DNA of 64,000 nt, from the NCBI GenBank assembly GCA_000165425.1, contig CT868055.1, positions 1 through 64,000 of the forward strand, given 5' to 3'. The notes beneath the pieces were generated by a model. The model did not search any database, had not been told where the DNA came from, and worked only from the letters and a program-made list of their open reading frames with translations. This DNA comes from Paramecium tetraurelia (Eukaryota). The translations under genes and the position numbers were made by a program. Positions 25,768 through 39,403 of this stretch are shown piece by piece (the stretch's first letter is position 1; every line of letters starts with the position of its first letter).

Positions 25768-27112
25768 ATGCTAACAACTGAGGTTAGTGCCACGTCTAAC
25801 CAAAATCAAACAAAAGATCCTTCAGAACTTGTTTTAGAGGTTCGTTTTTAATTTAATAATTTATCAAAGTTTACTCATCCATGGACCGATCATGATGAAG
25901 AACAACTCAAACAATTGTTCCTTATTCATTAGGGCAATTGGAAATCTATCAGCCTACAATTGAATGGCCCAACTCCCTTAGAATGCATGATGAAATGGCA
26001 GAGGCTACATCCTGATCAAGTATATTGGATCTCTTAATTTAAGACTCTCGCAAGACAATTATGGTCACCAGAGGAAGACGAATAATTAAGGGACCTAGTG
26101 CAAAAGTACGGAAAAAAATGGAGTAAGATATGCACAGTGATGAATTGGAGAACTGGAAAACAAGTCAGAGAACGGTATCTAAACCAATTGCAAGGCCACA
26201 TTAACAGTGAGAAATGGACAGAGTAGGAAGACAGGATGATTTTAAAATTGTACAAAAAGTATGGAACGAAATGGAGTTACATATCCAGTTTCCTTAATGG
26301 CAGACCCGTATAAATCAATTGTCAATATTTTTACATAGGAAAACATGGTAAAAAATCGGTTTTATGCCAATTTGAAAAGAAGATTCCAATCTGATCTGGA
26401 GAATTCAGAAGAAGACCAATGTCAGGACTCTCAGGATTCCTTCAATGTTACCAAATACAAGAAGAAGAAGAAGCTCAAACCCTGTAGATTCATCAGCGAT
26501 TCCATTCAGATCAAGAAATCTTAGCTCCAAAATGTGAGATCTGAAATCTTCAAACGAATCACCAGGTCCAAGAACAGGGATCCCTTGCAAGATCAAATTA
26601 AGGAAGAGAATGTTCAGGACCCCCTTAATTTAAACGAAGAGCCAGTCAATCAAAAGCAGGAATAAGACAACCATTTGATTTCACACTAAAAAGTAGGTGT
26701 AAAAGAAGAAATGGCATCTAATGTAGATTAGATACCGTGCAATCCTCATATGTTATTCGAATATTAATCAAGATTTTAAGCTCTATAATAACTTGACTAA
26801 GGAACAATAGAGCTTGGATTAAATTAATACTAACAATAATAATTATTATAATCATAATAATTATTATATTGCTATCCAAAACTAAATGACACTCAAATCA
26901 ATTTCTAATTGTGTTAGAAATGTAGTAAATGCGAGAATACAATCGACTAAACTCAGTTGTATTCTTTTCAAGATATTAATCAATTGTTTAAATTGTTTTA
27001 GTATCAAATGTTTATGCAAAATCAACCTTTGCTGAATTAAAAGGCGGAAGTTGATATGTCATAAATTGGGAATCAATAACAATAGCAATATAAAAGCCAT
27101 ATATTGCAGTGA
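25768..27112 (+). CDS. Three-repeat Myb transcription factor with Q-rich tail
   Basis: WTDHDEEQL..W, WSPEEDEQL..YGKKW..RTGKQVRERY, WTEQEDRMI..YGTKW..GRPENMVKNRF. Three introns. Confidence 0.92.
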
Positions 27113-27566
27113 CATTTCATTATTGGAACACAAGGACCAATGAAAATGTTAAACATATATCATCCATTACAAAACCCCAACATTCATCCTAATTACATCA
27201 ATCTTACATTAAAGTATCTCTTATTATTGAATCCCTGACTCTCTCATTCGAACGTCTGAATCCCCCTTGAAAAATAAGGGAAAAAAAATAAAATCAATAA
27301 AATCTACTCGTATGTCTTGTATTAATAAATAATATAAGAATTTTAAAGCCATTTCTAATAATTTCACAAATTAATTAAATTTCCAATTTGCTCTTAATAT
27401 GATATTTTTTTAAACATACATTCTGAATTGTATCCATGATTCTTCTTGTTCTCGACCACAAGATCGAATAGAGTATATAGTATATATGACTCTTTAATTT
27501 GATTTTGACGATTTGAGGAAGAACCATCTGAATAATGAATGTATAAATAATGTTTAAAAAATATAC

Positions 27567-27920
27567 TCATATCGAAGTCTGAGTTGGTTTGGGGTGTAAG
27601 GTTTTTGAATTCACGAATTCGCCAGCGATTTTTGTGACTACTCGAAAACTTACACTTTCCTTGGTTATGGTTCTGTACAAACATCTTTTTGTCGAATCGA
27701 TGCCTTATGAATTTTTGATCATATTATTTCGGTGGTAAAGGAAAATGGATTTTGCAGCTGAATACTTGATATTCAGTTGGGAGGCTGCCTAAAAATAGAA
27801 TGAAGAGTTTACGTGTTTTATTTTGAAGCCTTTGCGACAAATCAAGTGAATTAGGGTCTGTTTGATGTCGGAAGACAACTTATGATATGAGGTTTTGGGT
27901 TTTTTGGAACCTTATTTCAT
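27567..27920 (-). CDS. Small HTH (homeodomain-like/psq-like) protein, family member 1
   Basis: MKQGSKKPKTSYHKLSSDIKQTLIHLICRKGFKIKH|AASQLNIKYSAAKSIF..KRC..VVTKIAG. One 24-nt intron. Confidence 0.8.
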
Positions 27921-28076
27921 AATGAATCTTCTTCGAGAGTGCGAATCGAATAAAATTAATTCTGAATAATTCAATTTCATAATAATGATTCCTTTTTTAA
28001 AATCTTGAAATTCATTATTTTTTATTGAGGCTAGTGAAACAGGAATTAATTTCGAATATTATTAGTTACATAATTA

Positions 28077-31000
28077 ATGTCATAAAAGTAAAGGCCAAAG
28101 TAGTTGGACCCCATCAAACGGGTGAAGGAAACAGGCCCGTTCGACTCGGGAAGCCCCTTGTCCTTCATAAACTCGATGTGGTAACAGCAACCATCAGAAG
28201 CCAAAAGGAAGCAGCAGAAGAAAGTTACTTAAATTTAAAAAAAGCTGGAATACGATATCCAGGAGGCTCTAAAACAAACCGATTACGATGAAAGTTCATT
28301 TTCAAAATAAACATAGGAAACATCCTGCACAGAGCGTGTCTTGATTAGCAAATCAAACAGATCAAAGACATAATTGAAGATTTGGTCGCTAAGAAGGACG
28401 ATGTCGCTCTCCAGGAATGCCTAGTAAAGTAAGACAAATTTCACTGCTAACCCTTGTTGTTGTGTTGCATTAAGCCGAAAACCTTGGAATCCGATTAGAT
28501 TAGAATGTTGTGCATTCAATTTTTATTGAACCCTTGCAAAGAGAAACCACATATCAAGGCAGATGTGAATTGCTTCAATCCAAGAACATTGTGGACTTGC
28601 TTGCATTGGGCAGCATACTATGGTGACAAGGATAGTGTGGAAGTCCTACTCGAAAATAACATCCATGTTTTCTTGCCAGATTACAAGGGACAATACGCAG
28701 TGGATTTGGCAGGTAAGAATAAGTACGAGGAGGTGGTGACTCTAATCATAATGCGGAGTATTGAAATATTGGATTATCTGAAATATGGAAGTTAATAAAA
28801 GTACAAGGCTTACATTGAGAGTCTCACTCCAGACCTTCTGAAACACTTGAATAACCCATTGTTTTTATGCAAATTGATATATTGGTCAGCCTTGTATGAG
28901 GTGGACAGCAAGAACTCAACCTTATTGTAATTCAAAAGAGCCTATTCCTTTTTCCCATTGTAAATGTAATTTCATCTATGTTTAGTAAGTCTTTGAAAAT
29001 GAAGACTGCCTTGCATGCAGCATGTTAGAGTCACAAAGGCAATGAAGATTTTTTGAATGAAGCATTCCGTGTTTTTGAGGAGACCATGTTTGGATTCAGC
29101 AATGACGATTTGACTAAGATCATTCCTCAGAAGAAGCCAACACTTCAAATGAACAGTGTATTTGTGTTTTCTGAGGAGGATCTTAAGAAATACAGGGACG
29201 ATTTTCAGAAGGAAGTCTTGCTATTGGCAGAGTGGGAGAAGGAAGTGTTGAATAAACTGAAGATAATCAAGAATTACACTTAATAAAAGTAGAGGTAGAA
29301 ATACTATAACGATTTTTATGCGATCTATGTGAATCAGTAAGATGCTTACGGTAATTCACCTTTGCATGTTGCATCCATAAAGGCATTTCAAAAAGGAATC
29401 AACATTTTGATGGAGAAATAGGCTAATATGGAATTGGAGAACAATGAAGTATTTAAAGCAAGGGAATTGACACAAGATGAGAATGTTCTGGTGTTGTACA
29501 AAGATAAATTGCAGAGCATCACAAGTGAAGCCATATTAAATGAACTGAATCAAACAATAATCCAGTAGTTGATGGGCATATTTAAGAAGGATGCTTACGA
29601 TGATCAATTGCGTTTGCGAAATGCTTTGGCTCCTTGTAAGTCATAGTTATAATATTCTTAGTGTCCAAGAACGGGGATTCTCATTACTATAAATTGATCA
29701 CAGAACTTAACTCATACTCGTAGAATCTGTTTGTGCCAGATTTTATTATTCGTGCGAGTATCAAAGCAGAGAATCTGAATTCAGACACTTTGGAGACAGC
29801 CCCAGCCTTCTTTGACTTGAAGGATTAGGACTGTGCTGAGTTGATAAGATTGAACTTTTACATATCGTTGTTGTTGAATGCGAATTTCGAAGTGTATCTA
29901 ATGAAATCGCAATTCCAACAGGGATTCTATTACATAATGTTGCAGCACAACGAGAAGAACTTGGAGGATCAAGCTGACTTGATGAATCTATAGATGAAGT
30001 TGATGGATTCTTACGATTTGGAAGAGTTTGAGAAGGTGTTCTAGAATCTATATGAACCCTTCCGATCGAGACAGAAACAGCAAATCATAGAGAAGCATTT
30101 GACTCAAATTAAAGACTTGAATGAGTAGATCAATTCTGGGATCATAGAGGCATACTATAGAATGCATAAGACAGGAGGTATCAATAAGATAAAGGAGAGA
30201 TGGTTGGTGAACAACAAGTGGTATCTCCCAACTCCAATAAATCAGATATCTGAGTATTTGATGGAGGGTGAGAATCAGAATTTCAGTTCGATTACAATAT
30301 TGAGATTGTATTTCGGTGAGAAGATCTCCTTTTACTTCGCCTGGAAATCCTACATTACTTGTGCGTTGATGGTGTTGGCAATTCCTGGAGCAGCAATCCA
30401 AATATACATTTTGGTCACAGGTGATTACTTCCCATCGATACTTCCATTTTGGGTTTGTTATGTTTGTTTATGGTCAACATTGCAGGTCGAATTTTGGAAG
30501 CGGAAAACCTCAGAAATCACGACAAGATGGGGATGCTTGGATTTGTTAGATTCCAAAGACAAGGGTGAAGTGCGTAGAGGATTCCAAGGTTACGAGGAAA
30601 TCTATCAAGTGACTGGAGAGTTGACTAAGCATCAAAAGAAAACTGAGACATTTCTCAAGGTGGTTTTGTCAGTGTTGGTGGTGTTGATCTTTTTGACACT
30701 CTGTGTGTTGATATTCGTTGGAGTGAACCTCATGGTCAAGAGATTTGAAGGGTAAATAATTATAACCACTGGACTCAATATCATTTAGGGAGTCGGAATA
30801 TTCATCCTCAATTTGGTGTACAATCACATAGTCATGTTTTTTGCCCAATATGAAAATCACAAGTATCAGGAAGACTACGAGTAATCCATCATCTACAAGA
30901 ACTCAGCATTCACCTTGTTGAATTCCTATCTCTGTATTTTCTATGCTGCCTTTGTGAACAACAAAAGTTTTCTGGATCTGTTTATCTAATTAGTACCGGT

Positions 31001-32978
31001 CTTAATTACGAAGCAAGTGTAATTCGCAGCCCTTAAGGTGTTACTGCCTAGAGTACAGTACGATTACTATGAGAAGTAATACTTCAAATAGCAATAACTG
31101 AATATACAGAGACAAGGGCAATTGAATAGAAACAAGGAGGGGTTTAAGGACAAGGTGGAGACGCTGTATGAAGCAATCTTCAAAGAGAAGAAGTACACGA
31201 TAGAGACTTGTAAAAGGGCAGTGTTGAAAATCCATGAGAAGGGGAAGCCACCCACATTGGAGATGAATTTGGATGCAGATCAAGTGGAGTTGAATAATTT
31301 AAAGTTGAATTACGAAGGAACTCTGGGGTATTTCATGGAGGGAATCATTGATTTGGGTTATATCACATTGTTTGCCGCAGCCTTCCCAATTGGGCCAGCG
31401 ATTGCAGTGGTGGCTAATGTGGCTGAGATCAGGACCAAATTGATATCGTTTCTGGAAGTCTACAAAAGACCTGAGTGTTAGAGATGTGCTGGTATTGGAG
31501 ATTGGTTGAACATTATGTAATGGATGGGAATGGGTTGTGTATTCTCGAATTTTGCTTTGTTGTACGTGAAATATAAGGTAGAGACAGTTGGAGTGATCTA
31601 CGGGTACAATGGGTCGGATCAGGATATTACTATTTGGTTGTTCTTCTTGACTATTGCGATCATACTGATCATCAAGTTAGCATTTCAGTGGTTGATTCCA
31701 GATAAACCGTAATGGGTGTTGAATGAATTGCAGAACATCTAGGAGAAACAACATGTGAATACTGGGCAGAGAGAGGCATTGAAGAAAACAAAGGTGGAGA
31801 TCCAGAAGAAGCAGGATAGGTTGAATTAGAGAAAGAAAGAGTATCTAGAGGCCAAGTAGAATTGCACTTAGAAGATGTAGGCTAAAATCAGCACAAAAAT
31901 AGAGAAGGAAACCAAGATCGAGAGATTTCAAAAATAGGAGGAATCAGAAAAGTTGTTGGCCAAATAGGGAGTCATTCAGAAGGTAACGGAAATAGAGATT
32001 AAACCGGAAATGGTCACTCAGATAAGAATAGGGTTGTTGAGGCAGAAGTTCATTGAGATCCAACATTTCCTGCTTTAATAGAGAATCAGACAGATAGATC
32101 AAGCCAGGACCAGAAACATTTTCCTTTGTTAGGAATGCTCATTAGTGGAGGCAGTGTTTGATTGTGAGGATTGCGATGAAAGTCAATGTTAAGAATGTTT
32201 TCGTAAAGTGCATACGAAAATGAAGAACATCACCACTCATGAGGTGATGTTGTTGAAATCTGCAAAATATTATGACCATGAATTGTTGAGTCGATTGCAA
32301 GTGAAGCGAAAGGTCAAAGTGGACAACAAGAGTAACTTACAAGTGAAGTTAAACCAATAATAACAGTAGGAGGGGGAATTTAAACCGAAGAGATGGCAGA
32401 AATTACAAAACTTCTGTTTTCCAACCACTACTTCTTCCTTGGCCTACAATTCATTACCCACTATATTCAACTATTTGAAGCGTGAGTATTTGGACAATTT
32501 GAATTTGGACAGAATAGAATTAAATAGTTTTTATAGATTCAGGAGAGAATAGGAGAAATTCATCATGTACGAAAGTGAGAATATCAATAAGATCTTGGAG
32601 ATGGAGGAGTTAAATTTAGAAGAGAAGTTGTGGTTGAATAGAATTGGGTTTCTATGTTTTAAGAAGAATGCCAAATTAGAATACTTCTGTGAATTGGTTA
32701 GGAAATTGCAGAATAGCAATATAGAGAGTAAGTTAAAATTGGTGTTGGATCTGGCAGATGTGGACAACGATGAGTTAATTACAAAGCATGAAATCGAAGC
32801 TATTTTTGTGCCCTCCATTGTCCAAGATTGTGAAGGGAAATTCTCACTTTAATCTACCATTGAAAACATATTCAACAAACCATTGAGTAAACAAAAGGCG
32901 ATGGAAGTTCTATTGAATTAGATTAATTCAGATGAATAATTTAAGGAGTTCTTCCAACAACTAACTCAATGCGAATGA
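28077..32978 (+). CDS. Giant anoctamin/TMEM16 with ankyrin repeats, B-box and EF-hand
   Basis: Ankyrin: TCLHWAAYYG, GNSPLHVA. Anoctamin: YFGEKISFYFAW, ENHKY, GYITLFAAAFPIGP..NVAEIR, GIGDW, IPDKP.WV. B-box: CQEC..CEDC..CQECF..VH..H. EF loop: DVDNDELITKHE. Confidence 0.88.
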
Positions 32979-33015
32979 ATTAATATATATATAAATATTG
33001 ATATACTATATAAAA

Positions 33016-35119
33016 ATGAATAAGTTGTAATAATATACGGATGTCTATTCGTTTGAACCTGATTTGGATCAAGTTTTGATCGAAATAATACCAGACATGA
33101 TTGAGTCAGTGGCTGATCTCAACGAAACCTAGATTCAAGATAGATTGGCCACAAAGAGGGTGAGTTCAAAAACTAAGACTGTTACTTTCAATGGAATGTT
33201 GTTGATTTTGTTGATCTTCTTGGTTCTAACAATAGTGAGATGGTTAATGAACAAAATTGATGTGAGATTGTTGAAATACATGCTGAAGTAATTTGAGATA
33301 ATCATACAATTTTAGAGACTCAGCATTGATGTTGCCAATGGTTTTCATCATCTTGGTGTTCAACTACTTGTTGAGCAGCTCTGTAAAGCAGAATTTGAAC
33401 ATCTATGGAGTCCTCTATTATGTGGATCTGGATAAGTTCTTGATGCAAATAGTGACCTTCATCATTGTATGGTTCGGAGTAGGCATAGTCTTCACCTTCT
33501 TGTGGCAACATCAGAGTGCTATCAATGATGAGTTCGAGCAATTGGATGCTGAATAAACGCATAGGCTCTACGAGAACATGTACTTGTACAACGATTCAAA
33601 CACCTACATAATACAGGAGAAGGTGCAGTACCATTCAATCAGATAGCAATTCATACAACCCACTGACATTCCAGTGATAAATCCCAGGATTTTGAGGAAG
33701 GATTTCAACTTTGCTCAGTACTTGAACCTGAACCAACGTAAAATCTATACATAAATCTTAAGAATCAACTCGTTCAGCATCATCCCAATTATCCTCTGCA
33801 TGTTTCTTACATATGTGTTCTCCTCTATCATCATCACTGTTCTCTTGCTCCTGTATTATTGGGTGTAAAAATCAAACCTCTATTAAATCTACACTAAGAT
33901 TGATGCTCCATATTAATACAATCCTACGCCATTGTAATATCGTGGGATTCAAGCACCACCTTACATCAATTTACCATTGCAAAAGAACAAGTCCAGATTA
34001 AAGTAGGTTATTGGATCACCACAATTCAATTTAAGATTACTTCACTCCTTCATCTTCATCTAAATATTTTGGTTTGCTTGGCTATTCTATGCTCATCGAG
34101 TCAATAATTCAATCCTCGAACACACTTGGTTATCAATTTTCGTATCCATCGCCTCAGTCAATGTGACAATCCTGACTCCCATGATCGTTAAGGTGTTGAC
34201 TTACACTCATTTAATAGCAGACCCATATAAAGTTTGCGTTGAATTGCAATACAATAGACAGTCATTGTTGGAGAAGGTATCACATTATCTTCGATTTTGT
34301 AATCGTAAGGAAGATGAATAGCACAGTCATAATGATGTAAATCAATAAGATGAAGTTAAGGAGCAAGAATAGGAGTAGGATCAAGAATAAGATTAAAATC
34401 AAGAGAAAGATCAGTACTCTCTGACTGTTGGGTAGTAATAACTTATTAAATATGCATTCACATGTCTTATCAATAATGAAAAAGAAAAGTATGTGAAGTA
34501 AGCTGTAGAACAATATAAAAAGTAATTGATCGAGAATCCCAATCTATTGCAAGTGCCAATCGATTCAGAAGAGGAAGAGGATTTAGAACTGGAGTTGGAT
34601 GAGCAATCGGGATCATAGGAGGAGGATCAGGAAGATTAATCGCAAAATAGACAACAATAACAGAATGCGAATCAACAACAAGGATAACCCAAAGATATCA
34701 ATGAGGCCTTGAAAGAATACGAACAGAAGATCGTGGCCAAGTTAACAGAGAGCAGCAGCATTAATGTTAACCAATTGAATGATCTGAAGAAGTATGTGGA
34801 TTGCAATTTACCTCTCTGGTACATGGTCCTGATGGTGGACAAGTATTTCAAATTGAACAACCCTCTCGTGGATACCATCAGGTATAATGATCTCTGCAAT
34901 TACTCTGGGTTCAATCAATACGTTCTTGAGACGGGAGACATGTACCCGCAGTAGATTGAAGTTATGACACTTACACAATTGAAGGAGTACCTCATGAGTT
35001 TCTTCACTGAGTAGGAGGCGGAGGAGGTGACGATGGAGTACAGCTTTTAGGAATAGATGGTGAATTTTGAATAGTTTTACTAATTCATTGAGAATAACAT
35101 TGTTTTGTTCCCAAAGTGA
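33016..35119 (+). CDS. Multi-pass membrane protein, possibly MLO-like, with degenerate C-terminal EF-hands
   Basis: About 7 hydrophobic segments, loop RQQFI..DFNFAQYL resembling the MLO F.F.KY motif, acidic linker. Family call is tentative. Confidence 0.55.
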
Positions 35120-35189
35120 ATTATAACATATGATACATTATTATTATATATTATAACAATATCTGATGATTATTTAAATTATAACTTTG

Positions 35190-35578
35190 ATGACAACCAA
35201 TCAATATTAGTTGCTCATTTATGATGACGATTTCGTGCAGTTATATTCTTCAATTATCAAGGTAGGAACCCCATTCAGGACGAATCCTCCCTTGAATATC
35301 TCATGACCATTTGTCTCCAGCAATCCAATGCTACCCAGGACAAGAAACCCTGCTATTAGAAGCAGACCTTCACCAAAGACGAAGACAAGGAGATCCTCAA
35401 GTACGTAATGTAATACGGGCCAAATTTTAATAAGATTGTCAAATATTTCCCTGGCAAAACCATGAATATGATCAAGAATCGTTATTATAAGAAACTTCGA
35501 TATCTGAAATCGGAATTGGATGTTGACAATGAATTCGACTCCATGAGCAACAATACTAAAATTAAAAAAAGTCATTGA
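35190..35578 (+). CDS. Small single-repeat Myb protein
   Basis: FTKDEDKEILKYVMQYGPNFNKIVKYFPGKTMNMIKNRYYKKLR. One intron. Confidence 0.85.
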
Positions 35579-35649
35579 AATTTTTACTTTTTATATTAAT
35601 AAATTCAATTATATAAATATATATATTTAATTTGTTGTAAATTTTAACT

Positions 35650-37094
35650 ATGTCCAGAAACACAATTAAAAAGACAGTCAAAAAAATCAAAAAGCCCAAA
35701 CCCACCAACACCAAACAAAACAACAAATAAAAAATCGTTGATGATGAATCAATCGATTCAGAATACTTGGATGAATTGGAAAATCAAAAGCCCCAATAAA
35801 TTTCAGATAGAAGTGACAGTGAAATTGATGAAACCGAAGACAATAGAAGATTGAGATTGGCTAAATAAATATTGTAACAAACCAAACAAGAATTGAAATC
35901 CAAAAACGATGACTTTTTTCAAGATCATCATGACATTCACATGAATGATGAAGACAAAAGATTAAATGTAGCCCTACTAGAGAAAGTAACTCATCAACCT
36001 AATCTTAGTTTGCTGAAAAACACACCATCTATCAATCATAAATCCAAAAATTCGATCGTCAATTCAATCGAGAAATCTACAAAGGTCATCTTCGAGCCAT
36101 CACTTGCACTTAAGTGGATGAATTCGCTTAACACATGTATTCCTGTTCCAAAGATTCGAGCATCATCAAATGTAATTCACAATCAATTAAGTTTTCAGGG
36201 GACCTAGAAACCAAGAAGAAGGAATTCATCTAGAGAGAAGTAGGTAAACACGGAGATGGCCATTACGATGAAGTCCTTTCCATTTCCCTCAATTTCGATG
36301 GCAAAATCTTGGCTAGTGCTGGCAAGGATCACTCCATCAAATTGTGGGATACTACATCCAATAAATTGATCGAAACACTCAAACATCATAAAGCTCCCAT
36401 TTATGGCGTGAAATTCGGATACAACTCCAATAATCTATGCAGTATCTCTTGCGATAGAACCTTCATCCAATGGGACGCAGCCTAACGAGCTTATATTGAC
36501 ACATTGTAATATTTACAAGTAATTTATAAGTTTTGGACATAGCACAGAAGCAAATGACATCGATTGCTTTAATGCTGATGACTTCTTGAGTTTGCGGCTA
36601 TGATAGATAAATGATTCAATGGAAAACTAAGTCAGGTGGACAACTTCTATACAGTGGACACGAATAATCCATCGATTGCATCAGGGCTATAACTCTGGAC
36701 ACCTTTGCTACTGGTTCAGTCGATGCCAATGTCAATTTGTGGAATGTCAAAAAAAGGAAGCCTCTATTTGAACTCCACAAACCTCATGGCGACAGATGGA
36801 TAACTGCGCTGGTAATTGTTTTTATCCATGTGTAGGGAACCGTTTACAATAGTGACCTTCTGGTTTCGGGATCCTATGATGACAATCTGAACATCTACAA
36901 GGTCACGAACAAGGACATTACAAAAGTCAGGTCTTTGCAGAGTGTAAGAATTTTTAGAAATAATTTAGTTTGGAATCGTTAATCACATCAATGTGTTTGA
37001 TAATAAGATCCTCACTGTTGAGAGTCAGGAACATCGTTTGGGGAGGTGGGTTACTTCAACGAAAAGCAAAAATTTAATTGTGTTGTATTTATGA
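35650..37094 (+). CDS. RRP9: U3 snoRNP WD40 protein Rrp9/U3-55K (apparent +1 frameshift near 36592)
   Basis: ETEDNRRLRLAK, WD repeats, AYIDT.FGH, GHEQSIDC, LWNVKKRKP, QEHRLGRW. Confidence 0.88.
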
Positions 37095-37404
37095 TTAATT
37101 ATTTTCTTATATATATATAAGTTTTAATAAGTTTAATGAACAATAGCTAAAAATCATCGTTAATTACACAACATTAAATTTACACTCATTACATTTTCAT
37201 AAACCTAAATTTTATGAAATTATTTGTTTTCACTTCTTTGCCTATTCTGCTTTGCATAAATGTGGCTTTTGTTTAACGGATTTTCCATTTCAAATTTCAC
37301 TTTTCATTTATTTAAATTAATATACGATGTCTCTCAATTCTTAAGACGGATCATTCCTTATTGTCTTTTTATTTTATTTTATATTTACATACCAGATCTT
37401 TTCA

Positions 37405-37752
37405 ATGACTAAAAATGCTGAAAAGCAATTTAACTATCGAGCCTATGTGAAAGTTTCGGCTAAGCAAAAGCTCTAGTTAATAGCTCTAGTATTTGGGGAA
37501 GAATGGAAGATTAAGAAAGTACTTATTCTTACTACCAGTTAGGCAGCTTCGTTCCTCTTTATAAACTACGCCTCAGCCAAAAGTATCATTTTAAAACACA
37601 GAAAAAACTCGATACTCAAAAAAATGCCTTTGATTCCCGAGGTCAGGAGGTGCCATTACAAAACAATGAAAAATGGGAATCATAATTACAACATCCTGTG
37701 TCTGAAAGGAGGAATATTTCAAAACCTATTAGAAAATCTCTCTCAGAAATGA
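37405..37752 (+). CDS. Small HTH protein, family member 2
   Basis: RAYVKVSAKQKLQLIALVFGEEWKIKK|AASFLFINYASAKSII..RRC..ILCLKGG. Confidence 0.8.
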
Positions 37753-38880
37753 AGTCCCTATATATATGTATTTAATTTTCATATATCATTTTGTTCTTCT
37801 CTCCACATTCTAAGAAATAATTTGGAATTCTTTATTTAGAACAAAAAATTCAGTTTACTTTAGACCTCCCCTCCTCAAATCTCGATTAGTAGTAACTCTA
37901 AATACCCTTCAAATAAGCTTTAATGTCTTCATTTTTAGTATTAACCACTTAAGCGAGCCACAATTATTGTTTAAATTGTTTGCAGAGGCATCCCCTCAAA
38001 ACACATCGGATGTTTGGATGCCGTCCCAAACTGCATAAAATTACCTTTTTTTCAACAAAAACCATTTTCCTAAGGCACTTTTCTCAGGCACGTTGTTACA
38101 TAATTTCACAATTTTAAACTAATTAGTCCTTTAGTCGATCCCATTTGCAAAACTTCAAACCACCCTATTGCTGCGATTTTTGGAGGCTGTCTATCTGAAA
38201 TTTTGAAGTTTACCATTATTATTCAAAAGGGAATGTTGGCAATCATCGGGGGGAATACAATAATTTAATATAAACTAATAAAGGTTCAATCCTAATAACA
38301 TTCTTTTTTTTGTAAGAAAAAGAATATTACTCTTCTACCATGAGGAGACAAATAAATTCCAAAGTACAAATTTAGTGTTATTTGTAATCACACAGGTGAA
38401 GTTAGCTTTGAATGGATAAATTTAGAAAAGGTTACTTTTTCTATTTTCCTTGATTCATTAATTTTAGTTTGATTCAGAACAATCACAATCTCCATAAATT
38501 GATCACACTCAATTTTACACTAGATTACTGCTTAAAAGGCCTTGAAAAGTTGGGTTGAAATATTTATGATCATCTCGTAATTATCTCAGGATTTGTTTAG
38601 GAAATACTCACTATGTAGTTTGAGTGCTCGCACTTAATGGAGTCTCTTTGGAATGCGTCAGCACGATTTCGGGTTACATTCAACAAAATTGTAAATAAAT
38701 GTGGTAACTAAGAATAATTGTAAATTATTAAATAGAGCAAACAAATAATATTAAACATGTAGTAAATCTTTAATTAATAAATTATGTGTTTATCAAATAT
38801 GAAATATCTTGTTTACAAATTATATATATATAACCAGGGATAATCCTTTGATTATATTAATTTAAATAGTAATCAGGCAG

Positions 38881-39223
38881 ATGGAGGCTAAGGTTAATAA
38901 AGTCCGCGCCTATTGCAAAGTCTCAAAGTCTAAATAAGAGGAGCTCCTAAATCTCGTTTACAAAGACGAATGCAGAATCAATTATGTAGAGATATCCATT
39001 CATTGTTTAGGCTGCTGATTTGTTAAATATCAATTATGCCACTGCCAAAAACATAGTACTAAAGTTCAAGAAAACTCACCTTTTGAGAAAGTCTGGCAAT
39101 ATCTCCGAATCCAAGAGATGCAATTATAAATTAATTGGAGAATCGAAGGACCAAACAAATTCAGTAAACACAAAAGGGGGATTGGTGGCTGAAGGCCTAA
39201 AGAAATTTGTCTAGAAATTTTGA
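38881..39223 (+). CDS. Small HTH protein, family member 3
   Basis: RAYCKVSKSKQEELLNLVYKDECRINY|AADLLNINYATAKNIV..KRC..VNTKGG. Confidence 0.82.
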
Positions 39224-39403
39224 TTTTTTAATTATAATTTTATAAACCTCAATATCATACGAATGGAAATAATGCTATTTATAATGAACACATGTGAGAT
39301 TGGGGATAAGAAACTAGAATATTTTGGGAATGATCAAATCAGAATGATTATTAAATATAATAATAAAATAATTAAACCATATTACTGATTAATTTTGGAT
39401 TAT

